A DNA stretch of 64,000 nucleotides from Geosiphon pyriformis uo1 (taxonomy: Eukaryota > Fungi > Glomeromycota): NCBI GenBank assembly GCA_016748015.1, contig JAAOMT010000085.1, positions 104,967 through 168,966 on the forward strand, written 5' to 3'. The position numbers were made by a program, and so were the translations under genes. The notes below the pieces were generated by a model. The model was not told where the DNA came from. It saw only the letters and a list, made by a program, of their open reading frames with translations, and did no database searches. The first letter of the stretch is position 1; every line of letters begins with the position of its first letter. This document shows, one piece after another, positions 13,401 through 25,199 of this stretch.

Positions 13401-15390
13401 AGCACTAAAAAATTGTTCTCACGAAGTACTGCATGCTGAAAAAATTCTGTCAGACAACAACTTAGAAAGAATCTTATGGGCAGTCTCAATTAAAGCAATT
13501 GGCCTAGTATTTGTTAAGACACCCCTTCACTCATAGGGCTTGGGAATCATTGACACCCAAGCTTCCTTCCAACAATGGGGAATTAACTTACATGCCAAAC
13601 AAATATTCAGAAGATCCAGAAGCAAGCCTAACACAGAATCATTACAATGTTTCCAAAGTTCATTTGAAATGCCAAACAAGCCAGCAGCTTTACCATTAGG
13701 CAAATTTTTAATTACACATATCAAGTCATTCAAACTGATAGCATTTATTACACCCAAAAAAGCATTATTATCAACATAATCTAATGGCAGGTATTGATGT
13801 TACCACAAATTGGAAACACTTCTCAGCATGGCCCTCTTTCTTATTCAGCCCTCTATTATACTATCAACCTTATTTTTAACCTCTACCAAGTCCAAAATCA
13901 AGCTGCCATCAGAGACTAAATGATCTAACACCACTTTGTGGAATGGGCATTCCAAAACACTATGGATCATATGGCCTTTGTTGACCACAAAACTCTCCAT
14001 CTTTCTTTCAATAGCTGATCTAATGTCCAACTCCTTGGCTTGCAAAGACTTGGCAAGCTTAAAGGCACAATAATACCTCCTCATGTCACAAAGAGCAGAA
14101 TGGACATGATTAAAATTTGCACCAAAACTCACAAGATCACAAACAACAGAAGTTTTGTCACTATTCATAGAAATTTAGCATCTTAATAGAGACTCAAATC
14201 TGCTGGAGTCTGCCTTGTAAGAAGCCTTGACAATTTTTGACACCAAAACCTCCAAGTTATGCAACTTAGAAGACTCTTTGGTAAACATCCCATCATAACC
14301 CTTAAACCATTTCTTCTTGAAAGCACCATTAGCTGAAAAAACCATCACTTTGTAAACAGTATCCCACATAGTATTCAAATCAGAAAACTTCTTAGCAGCC
14401 TCAAATTCGTCTAAAAACATGACAGCATTGGCTGCAGTAGCATCTTTAAACTCACCCCATTTTGCTATATCTGCACTTTTGACATCAAACTTCCAATGAT
14501 CTTTATTCACCTGCTTGCATATTGAACTTAAACAGACATTGAGCAAACCACCCAAACCCACGGAAGCAGATACAGCTTTGTGGTCAGTATCAAAATATTC
14601 CTTGACATTGGCCACACTATCATCTGTTACAGCATTGACCAAACTCGAAGAAATGAAAATGTAGTCAAGAGCTTTAGTGACACTGCAGGAATTGGTTCAC
14701 GTAGGTGTCTTAACAAATAAACTTCCCCCTAAAAAATCAACTAAATCCAAATCAAAGCATTTCTTGAAGCTAGCACACTTTTAGAACCCATCTTTGTTAA
14801 AATCACCACCCAAAATAACAAAGAAGGACTCGTTTACTGCCTTTGTAATGAGAAAGTTGATTTCACCAGCCTAAGAGAACCAAACCACCGATAACACACC
14901 AGCATAGAGTCCCAAAATTAACACAGAAAGATTATTCTTGAAGAGTAATTTGAGAGAAAGGAGACAACCAGGAATCTTGGAAACCTTACATACATGTTTT
15001 ACCAAAGAAATGTCCATGATAATCACCACACCAGAACCCAAATGACCAAAGTCCAAACCAGAGGTGAAAACCCAAACACCATCAAATTTATTCATAATCC
15101 ATGGGTGGATCTTGCCCTTCAACTTAGTCTCAATAACAACAGAAATCAAATTGTTCATCTCTTTATGCCAACATATTACATTATTCTGTTTTGTAGAATT
15201 ATTTATACCCCTAACATTGCATGTGGCAATCTTCCAAACTAGACTGGTCATTGAGAAAGAGATTTGGGAGATGCATTGCCAGCCAAAATCGAACCATTAA
15301 ATCTCGCTGTAAGACTTAGAACTGAGGCAAAAAGTCCTTCCAACATGCTTTCCAATCTTTTTACTTCAGTAAAAGCAGAAGAGTTGAGAG
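10430..15390 (-). mobile_element. LINE copy 2, 5'-truncated in the end of ORF1; ORF2 pseudogene 15251-10582
   Basis: MTSLVWKIATCNVRG (APE start), YFDTDHKAV, LQDMHKAYNFV, LDQGEVF, FMDNTIW (RT), VYTDRSL..VVVYSDS (RNase H). Conserved tail and A-rich end at ~10430-10457. Confidence 0.95.
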
Positions 15391-18300
15391 TATTGACATG
15401 GAGGAGGAGTGCTTGGTTGAGGAAACCAGTGTTGTCTATGGTGAGAATGGTGCTTTTACAGGAGAGGATCCTAATCAAATGCCTAAAAGTTTGTGTGTAA
15501 AGACCAAGAAGATATTAAGAAAGCCTCTGGGTGTGATTGATTATGGTACTGTCAATGCAGAAGATGACGTGTTAGACAGTTCATTCCTTTTCCCACCCCT
15601 TTTACCTATTAAACTGTCTATTCAAGTGTCTGTTCGCAAATTTTTTGCTTTGGATATTAATCTCGTGGCTGTTGCTGGGAAATCATCTCAGGAAAAATTG
15701 AACTTTGTCAAAAAAAATTTTTCAGGTGTGAATGGTTTTGGGGGGGTCTCTGCTCCCTCAAAATTTGGTGGAATTATCCAGACATCTTTCACTTTCAAAA
15801 AGGTGATGATGGCAGCTGCTTAATTGGCAAATGATTGTAGTGTTATGGTAAACACCAATCTTAAGTGCCCCATCAACAATCATATGAATCGGGCAATTGT
15901 GTTGAAAGAAATTCCTGTGGAAACTTCCATCAAGGCAGTGCATGCAGCCATTTCTGAATTTGGACTTATTAAGTTGATCAAAATACAGTTGGTGAGTCTA
16001 TGACAAAAGGCGATTATTGAATTAGAAGATCAAATTTAGGCTGATCTCTTGGCAGCTAAGTAGTCTGTTCTTATTGGGAAAGATGCAGTGCATGTGGCCC
16101 GGGCCGATATTAACAAACAAATGTGGGATGCCAGAGATGAGTTTAGGACTTTGCTTTACACTTTCCCTATAGACACCACCACTCATGATCTTTGGGACTT
16201 TATTGGTTCAGTTGGTGGGAAAACATGTGTTATTGAACGCAGCTCTGTCAGTTATGTCTGGGCATACTGTGCCACTGTGTGCTTTGATTCTGAGGGTAGC
16301 CTTATTTAGACAATGGCAAACACTCCTGTTATAAAAGACGTTGGTCTCCGTTGGTCTCATTTGACCACTGCACTGTGCTCAATTTGCAGAAATTCCGGTC
16401 ATACTTCTCTCACTTGTCGTACTGCTGGTGCATCCTCAAGTCCTAGGAGCAAGAGAGCTCTTCTTTCAGCTCAAGATCAGCTCCGTCTGGCTAAGATATA
16501 TGAAAAAAAATCTGCTCCCGTTTCCCACCCTTTGGCTTTTGGTGGAAAAACCTGGGCCTCTGTGGTTGGTAAACCACTTCCATTAGCGTCATTTAGTGGT
16601 TCAGCTCAATCTGGTTTCGTATTTTATGGTAAACCTTTCTTGACTGTTAGTGGTGAATTGAAAGACCATTTGAAGAATATTGAGAGCAGTCTTGTCAGCC
16701 TTGTGGGACAAATTGGTAAGTTGGCTAAGAGGTTGGACTCATTCGTGTTGGCAGTTTTCCAGCCTAGCCCTGGATGTCAACTGCTGGTGACCCCCCCATC
16801 ACAGAATTAAGGGGAGGATATAGTGATGAGAGTGGGTTTGGATGATGCCACTAGTGACAAGACTGCTGCCGTTACAGGTTCAACTGCCTCACCTGAGGTT
16901 GTGAAATTGGAAAACATGTTGGAAGGTCTCTTTGCTTCAGTCATGAGCCTATTGGCGTGCTTGGATGGTTTGGCTTTGGCAGGTGGTGCTCTTTCTTTAC
17001 CTCTTTCTCAATGAATGGTCTGGTGTGAAAAATTGCTACGTGTAATGTTCATGGGTTGAACAATCCTGTGAAGCAAGATGATGTCATTCATTGGCATAGA
17101 AATATGGGTAATTTAGTTTCTATTTTTACTGAGTTAAAGCTTAAAAGAAAAGTTCATCTGTGGTTGGCCAACAAATTTGATGGTGTTCGGGTTTTTACTT
17201 CTGGTCTGGATTCTGGTTCTTTGGGTGCTGGGGTGTTAATTGTCATGAATTCTTCTTTGGCAAGGCATGTTTTCAAGGTTTCTGAAGTGCCCGGCTGGCT
17301 TCTCTCCATCAAACTTCTCTTCAAAAATAAACTTTTGGTTTCTGTTTTGGGTCTCTATGCTGGTGCCTCTTCAAGTGTCTGATTCTCACAGGCTGGTGAC
17401 ATCAATTTTTTGATTGCTAAGACGGTAAATGAATCTTCTTTTGTGGTCTTGGGTGGCAACTTCAATGAGGATGGCGTTCGTAAGAGTGCCAGTTTCAAAA
17501 AGTGCTTTGATCTGGGTCTGGTTAATGCCTTGGGTGGAAGTGTGCTTGTGAAGACGCCGACATGAGATAACTCTTATGGTGTTGTCAAGACTATTGACTA
17601 TATGTTTGTCTCTTCGAGCTTGGTCAATGCTGTAGTGGATCATGGAGTGACTGGGATTGAGGATTTTTTTGATACTGATCATAAGGCTGTTTCTGTTTCT
17701 GTGGGTTTAGGTGGCTTGCTTGACTCTCAGCTGAATTTGATACACAAGCAAGCTAATAAAGATTGTTGGAAGTTCAATTTCAGGAATGCTGGTGAGAAAG
17801 GGTGGGAACAATTTTAAGGATGCTATGTTGGCCAATGGCCTAATGTTCTCGAGTGATTTCACTGCCTCTGCAAAATCTTCAGATTTAGATGCTATGTGGG
17901 ACATTGTACACAAAGTAATGGTTCTCTCAGCAGTTGGGACATTCAAAAAGAAATGGTTTAAGGGTCATGATGAGGTTTTTACCAAGAGTTCTTCTAGGTT
18001 TCACAAGCTTGAGTTGCTGGTATCCAAGCTGGTTAAGGTGTTTCATTTGTTGTCTAGTGTGGAATTTGCGTCATTGTTGAATACATGAGAGAAGCTTAAT
18101 GTCAATGGTGCTTTGGTGGTAAAGTCTTTATTTCTTTCAAACTCCAGTTTTGACAGGATTCGCTTGGCTCTGGCTAAAGCAAGAAAGTCTTACTGCTCTA
18201 CTAAGTTGCTGGAATTCAAACGTGCTGAGGAATCCCATATTAGGGTGGCTATTGATAGAAAAATAGAAAGTTTTGAATCAGACAAGGGTCACACTATTAG

Positions 18301-21300
18301 GAGTGTTTTGGAGCATCCCTTTCGCAAAGTGGTACTGGATCATTTGGTTGTGAGTGACGAGTTGATTTTGGAGCCCAGCTCAGTCAAGGCTAGGGTGGAT
18401 GGGATCATAGAAGACTGGACCAGGAAGCGCAAAGTGGTGCCAGATATCTTCGATATTTGGTCTCGCTAGTACAAGCCTTTGGAGTATGTTTTTGATGGTG
18501 CATTTTCTGGTGTAATGTGTCCTGTTGGTTTCAATGAGTTGTTCAGTGTGGTTTTTGGTCTGCCTGAGAACAAGATTGCTGGTCTTTCTGGGATTTCAAA
18601 CGAGCTCTAGAAACACTGTGACAGATCAATTTTGGACATGTTTTTGGTGCTTTTAAATTCTTGTTTGATTTGTGAGTCAATACCTAGTGCTTGGAAGGAA
18701 GCCTGGGTCTCAATGATCTCTAAGCCATATGAGTGGGAAGAGGTTTTTATGAACACCCGATCTATTGTCTTGATTGAAACTGCCCACAAGATTCTTTCCA
18801 AGATTCTTTCAGATAGGATCTCATTGGCTTGTAGTACTTTTGATGTTCTGCGTGGGAACAATTTTTCGGTATTAAAGGGTATGACAACACAGTCTCTTAT
18901 TTTTGCCATTGGTTCAGTTATTGAGAATGCTTTGGAGAAAAATCGTGAACTCTGGTTGGTCTTGCAAGACATGTAAAAGGCTTATGATTCTGTTGGGTGG
19001 GAACACCTTTAGGACAGTTTGGTTAGGATAAAGATGTGTAGCAGGTTTATTAGGTTCTTTGGTGGTATCTACAGTAGTTGCATTAACAGAGTTATGACAA
19101 ATTTTGGTTTGACGGATGGGTACGTGGTGCATGATGGCTTGGACCAGGGGGAGGTGTTCTCACTACTCCTCTGGTGCATATTTTATAATCCCCTTTTGTG
19201 TAAAGTTAAGAGACAGGCGGATGGGTGTGGCTATAGATTGAATTCTCATTTTATTTCTGGATGTGGTTATGCTGAGTCTTGGGCTAGTGTATCTTCATTT
19301 TTTGCAGCAGATGCCTTTGTTGATAATACTATATAGGTTGGCAGCAATCAAAGTACCACACAACACATTCTCAACATTGCTAGTGAATTTTTCAATATCA
19401 ATGACATCTCAATTAATAATGATAAGACTGTTGCCATTCCTATCAATTGTGATGGTACGGCTTCCTTTTTGCTGATCAGCAGGTCACTTATTTCTATTGC
19501 CAAGAAGGGGGAATCACATCGATATTTGGGGATTTATTTGTCAACTGAGGGTCTTTTGAAGCCTAGTTTGGCTAAGACACATTCTGATGTCTGGTTTTTT
19601 TCTAATTTAGTCCTGAAAAAGGCAGTATCTGATAAGCAACTTTCATATTTGGTTTTGGCGGTCCTCTTTTTTATCATTAGATATAGAACACAGTTCAGTT
19701 ACATTCCTATTAGTTCTTGTAAAAAGTGGGACACTTTAATTCGTAAGGGCTTGAGATTTAAGTCTGGTCTGCCATGTGATTTCCCCAATGATACAATTCA
19801 TCATCTCTCTCTGTATGGTTTGAAGACTTTTGAGCAAGTTCAAGCTAAGAGCAAGTTGGCTTCGGTTGTTTCTTTTGCAAACTCTGTTGGGATTTTGGGG
19901 CATCTATTTTTTCACCAGTCACATGATCTGCAGGTCCTCTGCTGGTGCCTGCTACATCCATTGCAGTGTCCGGTTCATGTCAAAGTTAATTCTCTAAACA
20001 ATTTTCTGGTGAGTGTGGTGCATATTTTCTCTGGATGTGATTTGTCATTAGGTGGCTCTCTAACTAGTGCTTTTCGTCATCAGGGTGGAACTCCTATGTC
20101 TCTTGTTCTTGGTGAATCAAATTATGTCAAGAGTGTTTTTTCACTTCGGCATTATGGGGTTGTTTTTGTAGACCAGCTACAGAACCAAAATGGGACTGTT
20201 TTTGAGTGGAAGACCATCAAACGGTGGAAGTGGTTAGACCCACGTGGTCCGGTTCCTGTCTGGTTTGAGCTGTCAGTTTGTTTTCTTAGTGGCATGTCTT
20301 CTCTTTCTGTCTGCTCCACACTTTTGGCTGATCACGGCTCTTCGGATGTTCTTCAGTCTCATGAATTTGGCATCATTGGTACCGGTTTACTCAATTCTAA
20401 TGTTGGTCATTTTTCCATTTACACAGATGGATCTCTAAGTGATTTGGAGACTGTTGATATGAAAGCTGGGGCTGCTGTTTTCTTTGAGGACATTGGTATG
20501 GGTTTGGGTGTGGGGGTATTCGGTTTGATGTTTTCTACCTTGATGGAACTGCAGGCTATTGCTCTGGCGCTTGAGTGCATCCCTTCTTCTTATTCGGTCA
20601 ACTTGTTCTCGAACAGTTAGGCTGCTTTGAATGCTTGCAGGTTGGAAATGAAATTGGTTTGCCCAGATTTTAGGAATTGGTGTTGGATTGAATGCCACCA
20701 TATTGTTAATGTTATTCATCGTAAGAATTTAAATGTTAATTGGTGTAAAGTAAAAAGACACTCAAAGGTTTTAGGCAATGAACGAGCTAATAAGTTGGCC
20801 AGGGCTGCAGCTCTCTCTGGTTGGCATCTGCCCCATTCTGTTGATGAATGCTATCTTAGGAGTGGAGGAGCAGCCATTTTTGGTAATTCTAGACATTTCA
20901 TTCGGGACATTTTTTGGTCAGTTTATTGTGCACATTGGGAAATCAGTTGTGGTATGGGGGTGGTGGTGGATAGTCTGCATACAGATATTGATTGTTTTAG
21001 GTCGTCGCTGGTTTGGCATCTGGATTCTCACATGGCTGCTGGCTTCACTAGCAAGCGAACTGCTGGTTTCCAGACTTACTTTATGAAGGCATTGTACCAT
21101 CGGCTCCCTGTTGCCATGTGTAAGCAGCTTTATGATAAGTGATACTCCAGTGTAATGTGTTTGTTTTGCGGTGATGTTGAGGTCTCAGACCATGTGTTTT
21201 CTTGTTCATTTAATGCCAATGGTCATGCTCAGTTGTTGGACACTCATGCAGTAGTTTGGGGTGTGTGCTCCAGTTTGGCTCATTTTTCTTCAGGTGTCTT

Positions 21301-21834
21301 GCAGCTAATGTCTACTTGTGTATCTGACATTTCAGTTAGTACTGCTCTATACAAAGGTTTTGTTTTCAAGGATTGGTTTCATGAGTCTGTTTTTGTCTTC
21401 AAGAATTCCAGGATAGCAGGTCAGAACATTGTGGCCTTTGTGTGTGAGTTTAACTTGGCTTTTTGGGAAGACATTTGATTGGTTTGTGCCAAGCACTGTG
21501 CTTTTATGGAAAAGAATGGGCTTATTTTGTGTGATGGGTCAGTTCCTGTCTCGATTTCTGGGCTTTCTTTAGGGCTGTCATTTGGTGTGACTCGGCTGCT
21601 GGGTGTTGCTAAGGTGATTGGTGTTGGTTTTGGATTCCGTAAGTCTTGTTTGTTTTTTTCAGGGATAGGAAATGAGGTTTCTGTTCATATAGGTGCTTAG
21701 TGTTGTCTTGATTGGTCCGAGTGGCTGGTCACATGTAGATAATGCATGATTCACATCTAGTTTAGATTATTTGTATGATGTATTGCACTAGGCAGTGTTT
21801 GGACTTTGCTCGTTAAATGTTAATAATAAAAAAA
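15386..21834 (+). mobile_element. LINE copy 3, the best-preserved copy; ORF1 partial 15386-17014, ORF2 17011-21700, both with stops and frameshifts
   Basis: ORF1 has RRM-like segments and a CX2CX4HX4C knuckle (CSICRNSGHTSLTC). ORF2 has APE, RT (HDGLDQGEVFS, AFVDNT), RNase H (IYTDGSL..ELQAIALAL..GNERANKLA) and CLFCGDVEVSDHVFSC. 3' tail 21701-21827 and short poly(A). Confidence 0.96.
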
Positions 21835-21839
21835 TAGTA

Positions 21840-22900
21840 TTTAACTTTTGATTAAATAATATTTAGATCTTTATTTTTAATAATATTTGTAACATATTGT
21901 TTTTTTAATTAATAACAGTTGTAAAAACTTAAATAAATTAAGCCAAACTTAAAATAACAAAAGTTTAATATATTTAAATTGTTAAAATATATTATAATAG
22001 TAACAAAAATAAAAACATATTTTAAAACCAGTATAATTATTTGTAATTTTGCCAAAATAAATAAAATTATATTATTTATTTTAATATTTATGATAAAATT
22101 TATATTATATGTTTAATTAACAAAATTAGCTGGTAAATAGAAAACAAAAGATTAATAATTAATTTAATAGTAACAAAAAAATATAATTCAATTATTTAAT
22201 TAAATTAAAAACAAAAAAATCTTAACAAATTAAAAAATATTAATAAAAATTAAGAATTAACATATATAATTTAATAATAATAAACTTTATTATACTTTTA
22301 AATTCTTATATATTCTTATTTATGTAGTTTAATATTTTAAATCTGTAATTATTATTTAAAAATAATTACCAAAAAATATAATTAATTAATTTATATCTAA
22401 TTATATTGATTATAATTATAAATTTAGTTATTTAAATCTAATTATTTAAATTATTAATTTTTAGAAAAATAACATATTAGATAAGTTTATAATTAATTTA
22501 ATTAATTTAAAAAAGCATTAATTTTATATTAAGCTAACTTTTTTTATAATTTTATAATAAATAGTTAATTATTTTTTTCATATCTTTTTTTTTAAAAAAA
22601 AAGCTTTAAATACTTCTTATTAATATTTTAAATTTATTATATGTTTAGTATTAGTATTTTAAATTCCCAATTATTTTTTAATTTTTAAATACATATTATT
22701 AATATTTTATATTATCTTATTTTATTAAATAAATTATTGGTTTTATTATTTAATTTTGTTTTTATTATAATATTAAATAAGTAATAAAAAATATTATATT
22801 GTTAAAAATATGATCTTAACAATAATAATTAAATTAATTAAATATTTTAATTATGTTTTTTTTATAAATTTTTTAATAATTTTTTTATTTTGTTTTCAAA
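21840..22900 (-). mobile_element. Extremely eroded AT-rich remnant, possibly the 3' part of the LINE remnant at 25200-27860
   Basis: Only faint colinear similarity to 11000-12100 (aaattagctggtaaatag vs aagccagctgccatatgg); no ORF. Confidence 0.35.
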
Positions 22901-22944
22901 ACTAGATTTTTAAATATCATATATTTTTAATAATTATTTAAAAA

Positions 22945-25182
22945 AATTCATAATTATAACCAAAATAAAGAATAAAAAAGCTGTACCTAATATTTTTCTT
23001 GAAATATCTAATAAAATTTCAACCAAAAAAACTTTTTCTGTTGTAAAAACAGCTAAACAGAATGTTTTAGAAGTTTTTTTTTTATCTAATAATCATGAAA
23101 AGCTGTTTTTAATAACTATTAAAGTATTTTCCTCATTTTTGACTGGTTTTTTATTAATTAAAATCCTCTCAAAAAAACATACTTAGATTAATTTTAGTGT
23201 TGTCTTCATTTTATTTAAGAGCCTAAAAGTTTTTAATAATAGATTAATTAACAAGCTGGTCTTTTTTTCTATAGCTTTTAATTTTAATATTATTAATATT
23301 ATCTTTTTAAAAAATATGATTAAAAAGACCAAAGATTCAAAAAAGTGAAGACAGTTGCTTACTTTTGCTATTATTACATCAAATTTTTTTGTGATTTTTA
23401 ATAAAATCTCTGTTGTATTATCTAAGATAGACCAAAATTAACTACTAACTCTATTGTTAAATATGATATTCTTTAGTAGATTATTACTAATTTTAAAAAC
23501 AAAACAACTATTTTCTGTAAAGTTATCTGTTCTTAAGAATTGAACTAACCAAATAAAAACTGAATCATTCTTTTTGCTGGTTTTTAGTGCTGTTATAAAT
23601 GGTATTTAGAAAACTATTTTTAATTATCAAAGATTTGCTGAATGAATGGCCTCTATTTTGATGCTTTATGCTATTTTTAAGATCAAATTGGCTTATGTTA
23701 AGACTGTTTTTTAGTTTGTACATGGTTTTTTAAATACAAAATCAGTATTAAAAGACAATATAAAGTTCTTTTGCATAGAGTTTGCTTCTTAAGAGTTTTT
23801 AAAAGCTGTCTTTTTACTTGAGCCTGCAAGTTCTGTTTATTTAATTACTCTTAAAATTATTAAATCTTTAGTAATTTCTGAATTTGGTTCCTTTTTTACT
23901 GCTGTTGTACTGTATAATATGCCTTTAAATGTGTCTGCTGCTGATATTAAAATAGCTTTTAGTGTATTTGGTAAGATTGTCTGTATAGTATTAAAGCCTG
24001 TTAGTATTTGGCAATATGTATTTGTTTATTTTGAGAAACTGAACTTTGTTATATTTATTTTAAATTATTGATCAGTTTTGGTGAATAAAAATAGTATTAG
24101 GATTTTTTTTTTAATGAATTAAAATAAGAGTATTTTGTCTCATAATAGGTTTAAGACCAAGTTAATTAATTTTTTTTCTGATTGTACTGTTTTTAAAATC
24201 AGTAATATAATTTTTCAAATTAATGGTTAGACATGTTTTATTTCTTGTTTTTCTAATTTTGGTCATTATTTTCAGTTTGTTCTGGTTATATTTGGATTTC
24301 AAATGGATTTGAATATGACTGTAGTTAAAACTAGTACATTAAAAAAGTGCTATATTTAGTAGAAAACTTCTGGTTGTTGGCATTGTTTTAGATATTAAAA
24401 AATAGACCATCTGACTGTGGATTATAAAGTGTTTTTATCTTCTCTTTTTAAAACTTCTAAGGTATTTATACTTTATTTTATTAGCTCTAAATTTTATGCC
24501 AAAATTTCTGTTCTTTTGAGCTTCTTTGAGTTTTTATCTCTAACAACTCCTATTTTTTCTTCTGTTATTGTTGGTAATTTTTTAGTATTGTCTTAATTGT
24601 CTTCTTTAGAATCTGATCTGGCCAAACTTTCTGTACTAGTCAGATCAATTGTCAAGTCTATTGGCTTTTTGGTTATTATATTTAAACAGTTTATTAATAA
24701 TAATTTGGTTTTAAGCAGTGTTTTTAGTCTTAAAGTTAATAAACTTAAGATTTATCTGAGTTTTTTTAACAAAGTTGTTGGTAAGTTAAAGAAGAAAATA
24801 GTTTTATTAAAAAAAAATATTATATATATAATGTTAATATAACTGGTAATTTAGATTCTGTAGTTTGTATTAATAATGATATATTTTTAATTTAATGTTT
24901 CTTTGAATACATAAGCTCAATAATATTAAAACTAATCCTTTAAAAACAGCTAAATAGCTGGTTGAATTAATTTTTTATAGTATTAGATTATTTGATATAA
25001 TTCAAAAAATGTTGGTTTTGGGTAAGTTTATTTTTACTATAACAATATAGTATAGTCTAAACTGATTTAAGTAGCTAATTATATATAAAAAATGTATAAA
25101 CTATACTTAATTTAAAACACTTAGTTTGTTTCAAAGTTTTAAGCAATAATTGGACTATACTCATTAAACTTTAAAAAAAAAA
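22945..25182 (+). mobile_element. ORF1-only non-autonomous retroelement (half-LINE), copy A, heavily eroded
   Basis: Colinear over ~2.2 kb with 27925-31177 once that copy's insert is removed. ORF remnant ends at TAG 25050, followed directly by a decayed LINE-type tail and poly(A) 25173-25182. No ORF2. Confidence 0.85.
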
Positions 25183-25199
25183 TTTGGTTGTATTTTAAT

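Noticed and set aside
15248-15500. ORFs 15264-15500 (+) and 15248-15478 (-) as genes
   Set aside because: They are chimeric readings across the head-to-head LINE junction.
943-21700. Conserved Trp positions in LINE ORF2 often read TGA, suggesting TGA=Trp recoding
   Set aside because: The same positions also appear as TAG, TAA or intact TGG in other copies, and NOG1 uses TGA as its stop. This is G>A erosion.
10430-21834. Twin-priming 5' inversion of a single LINE
   Set aside because: Both arms contain a full ORF2, tail and poly(A) and differ substantially in sequence.
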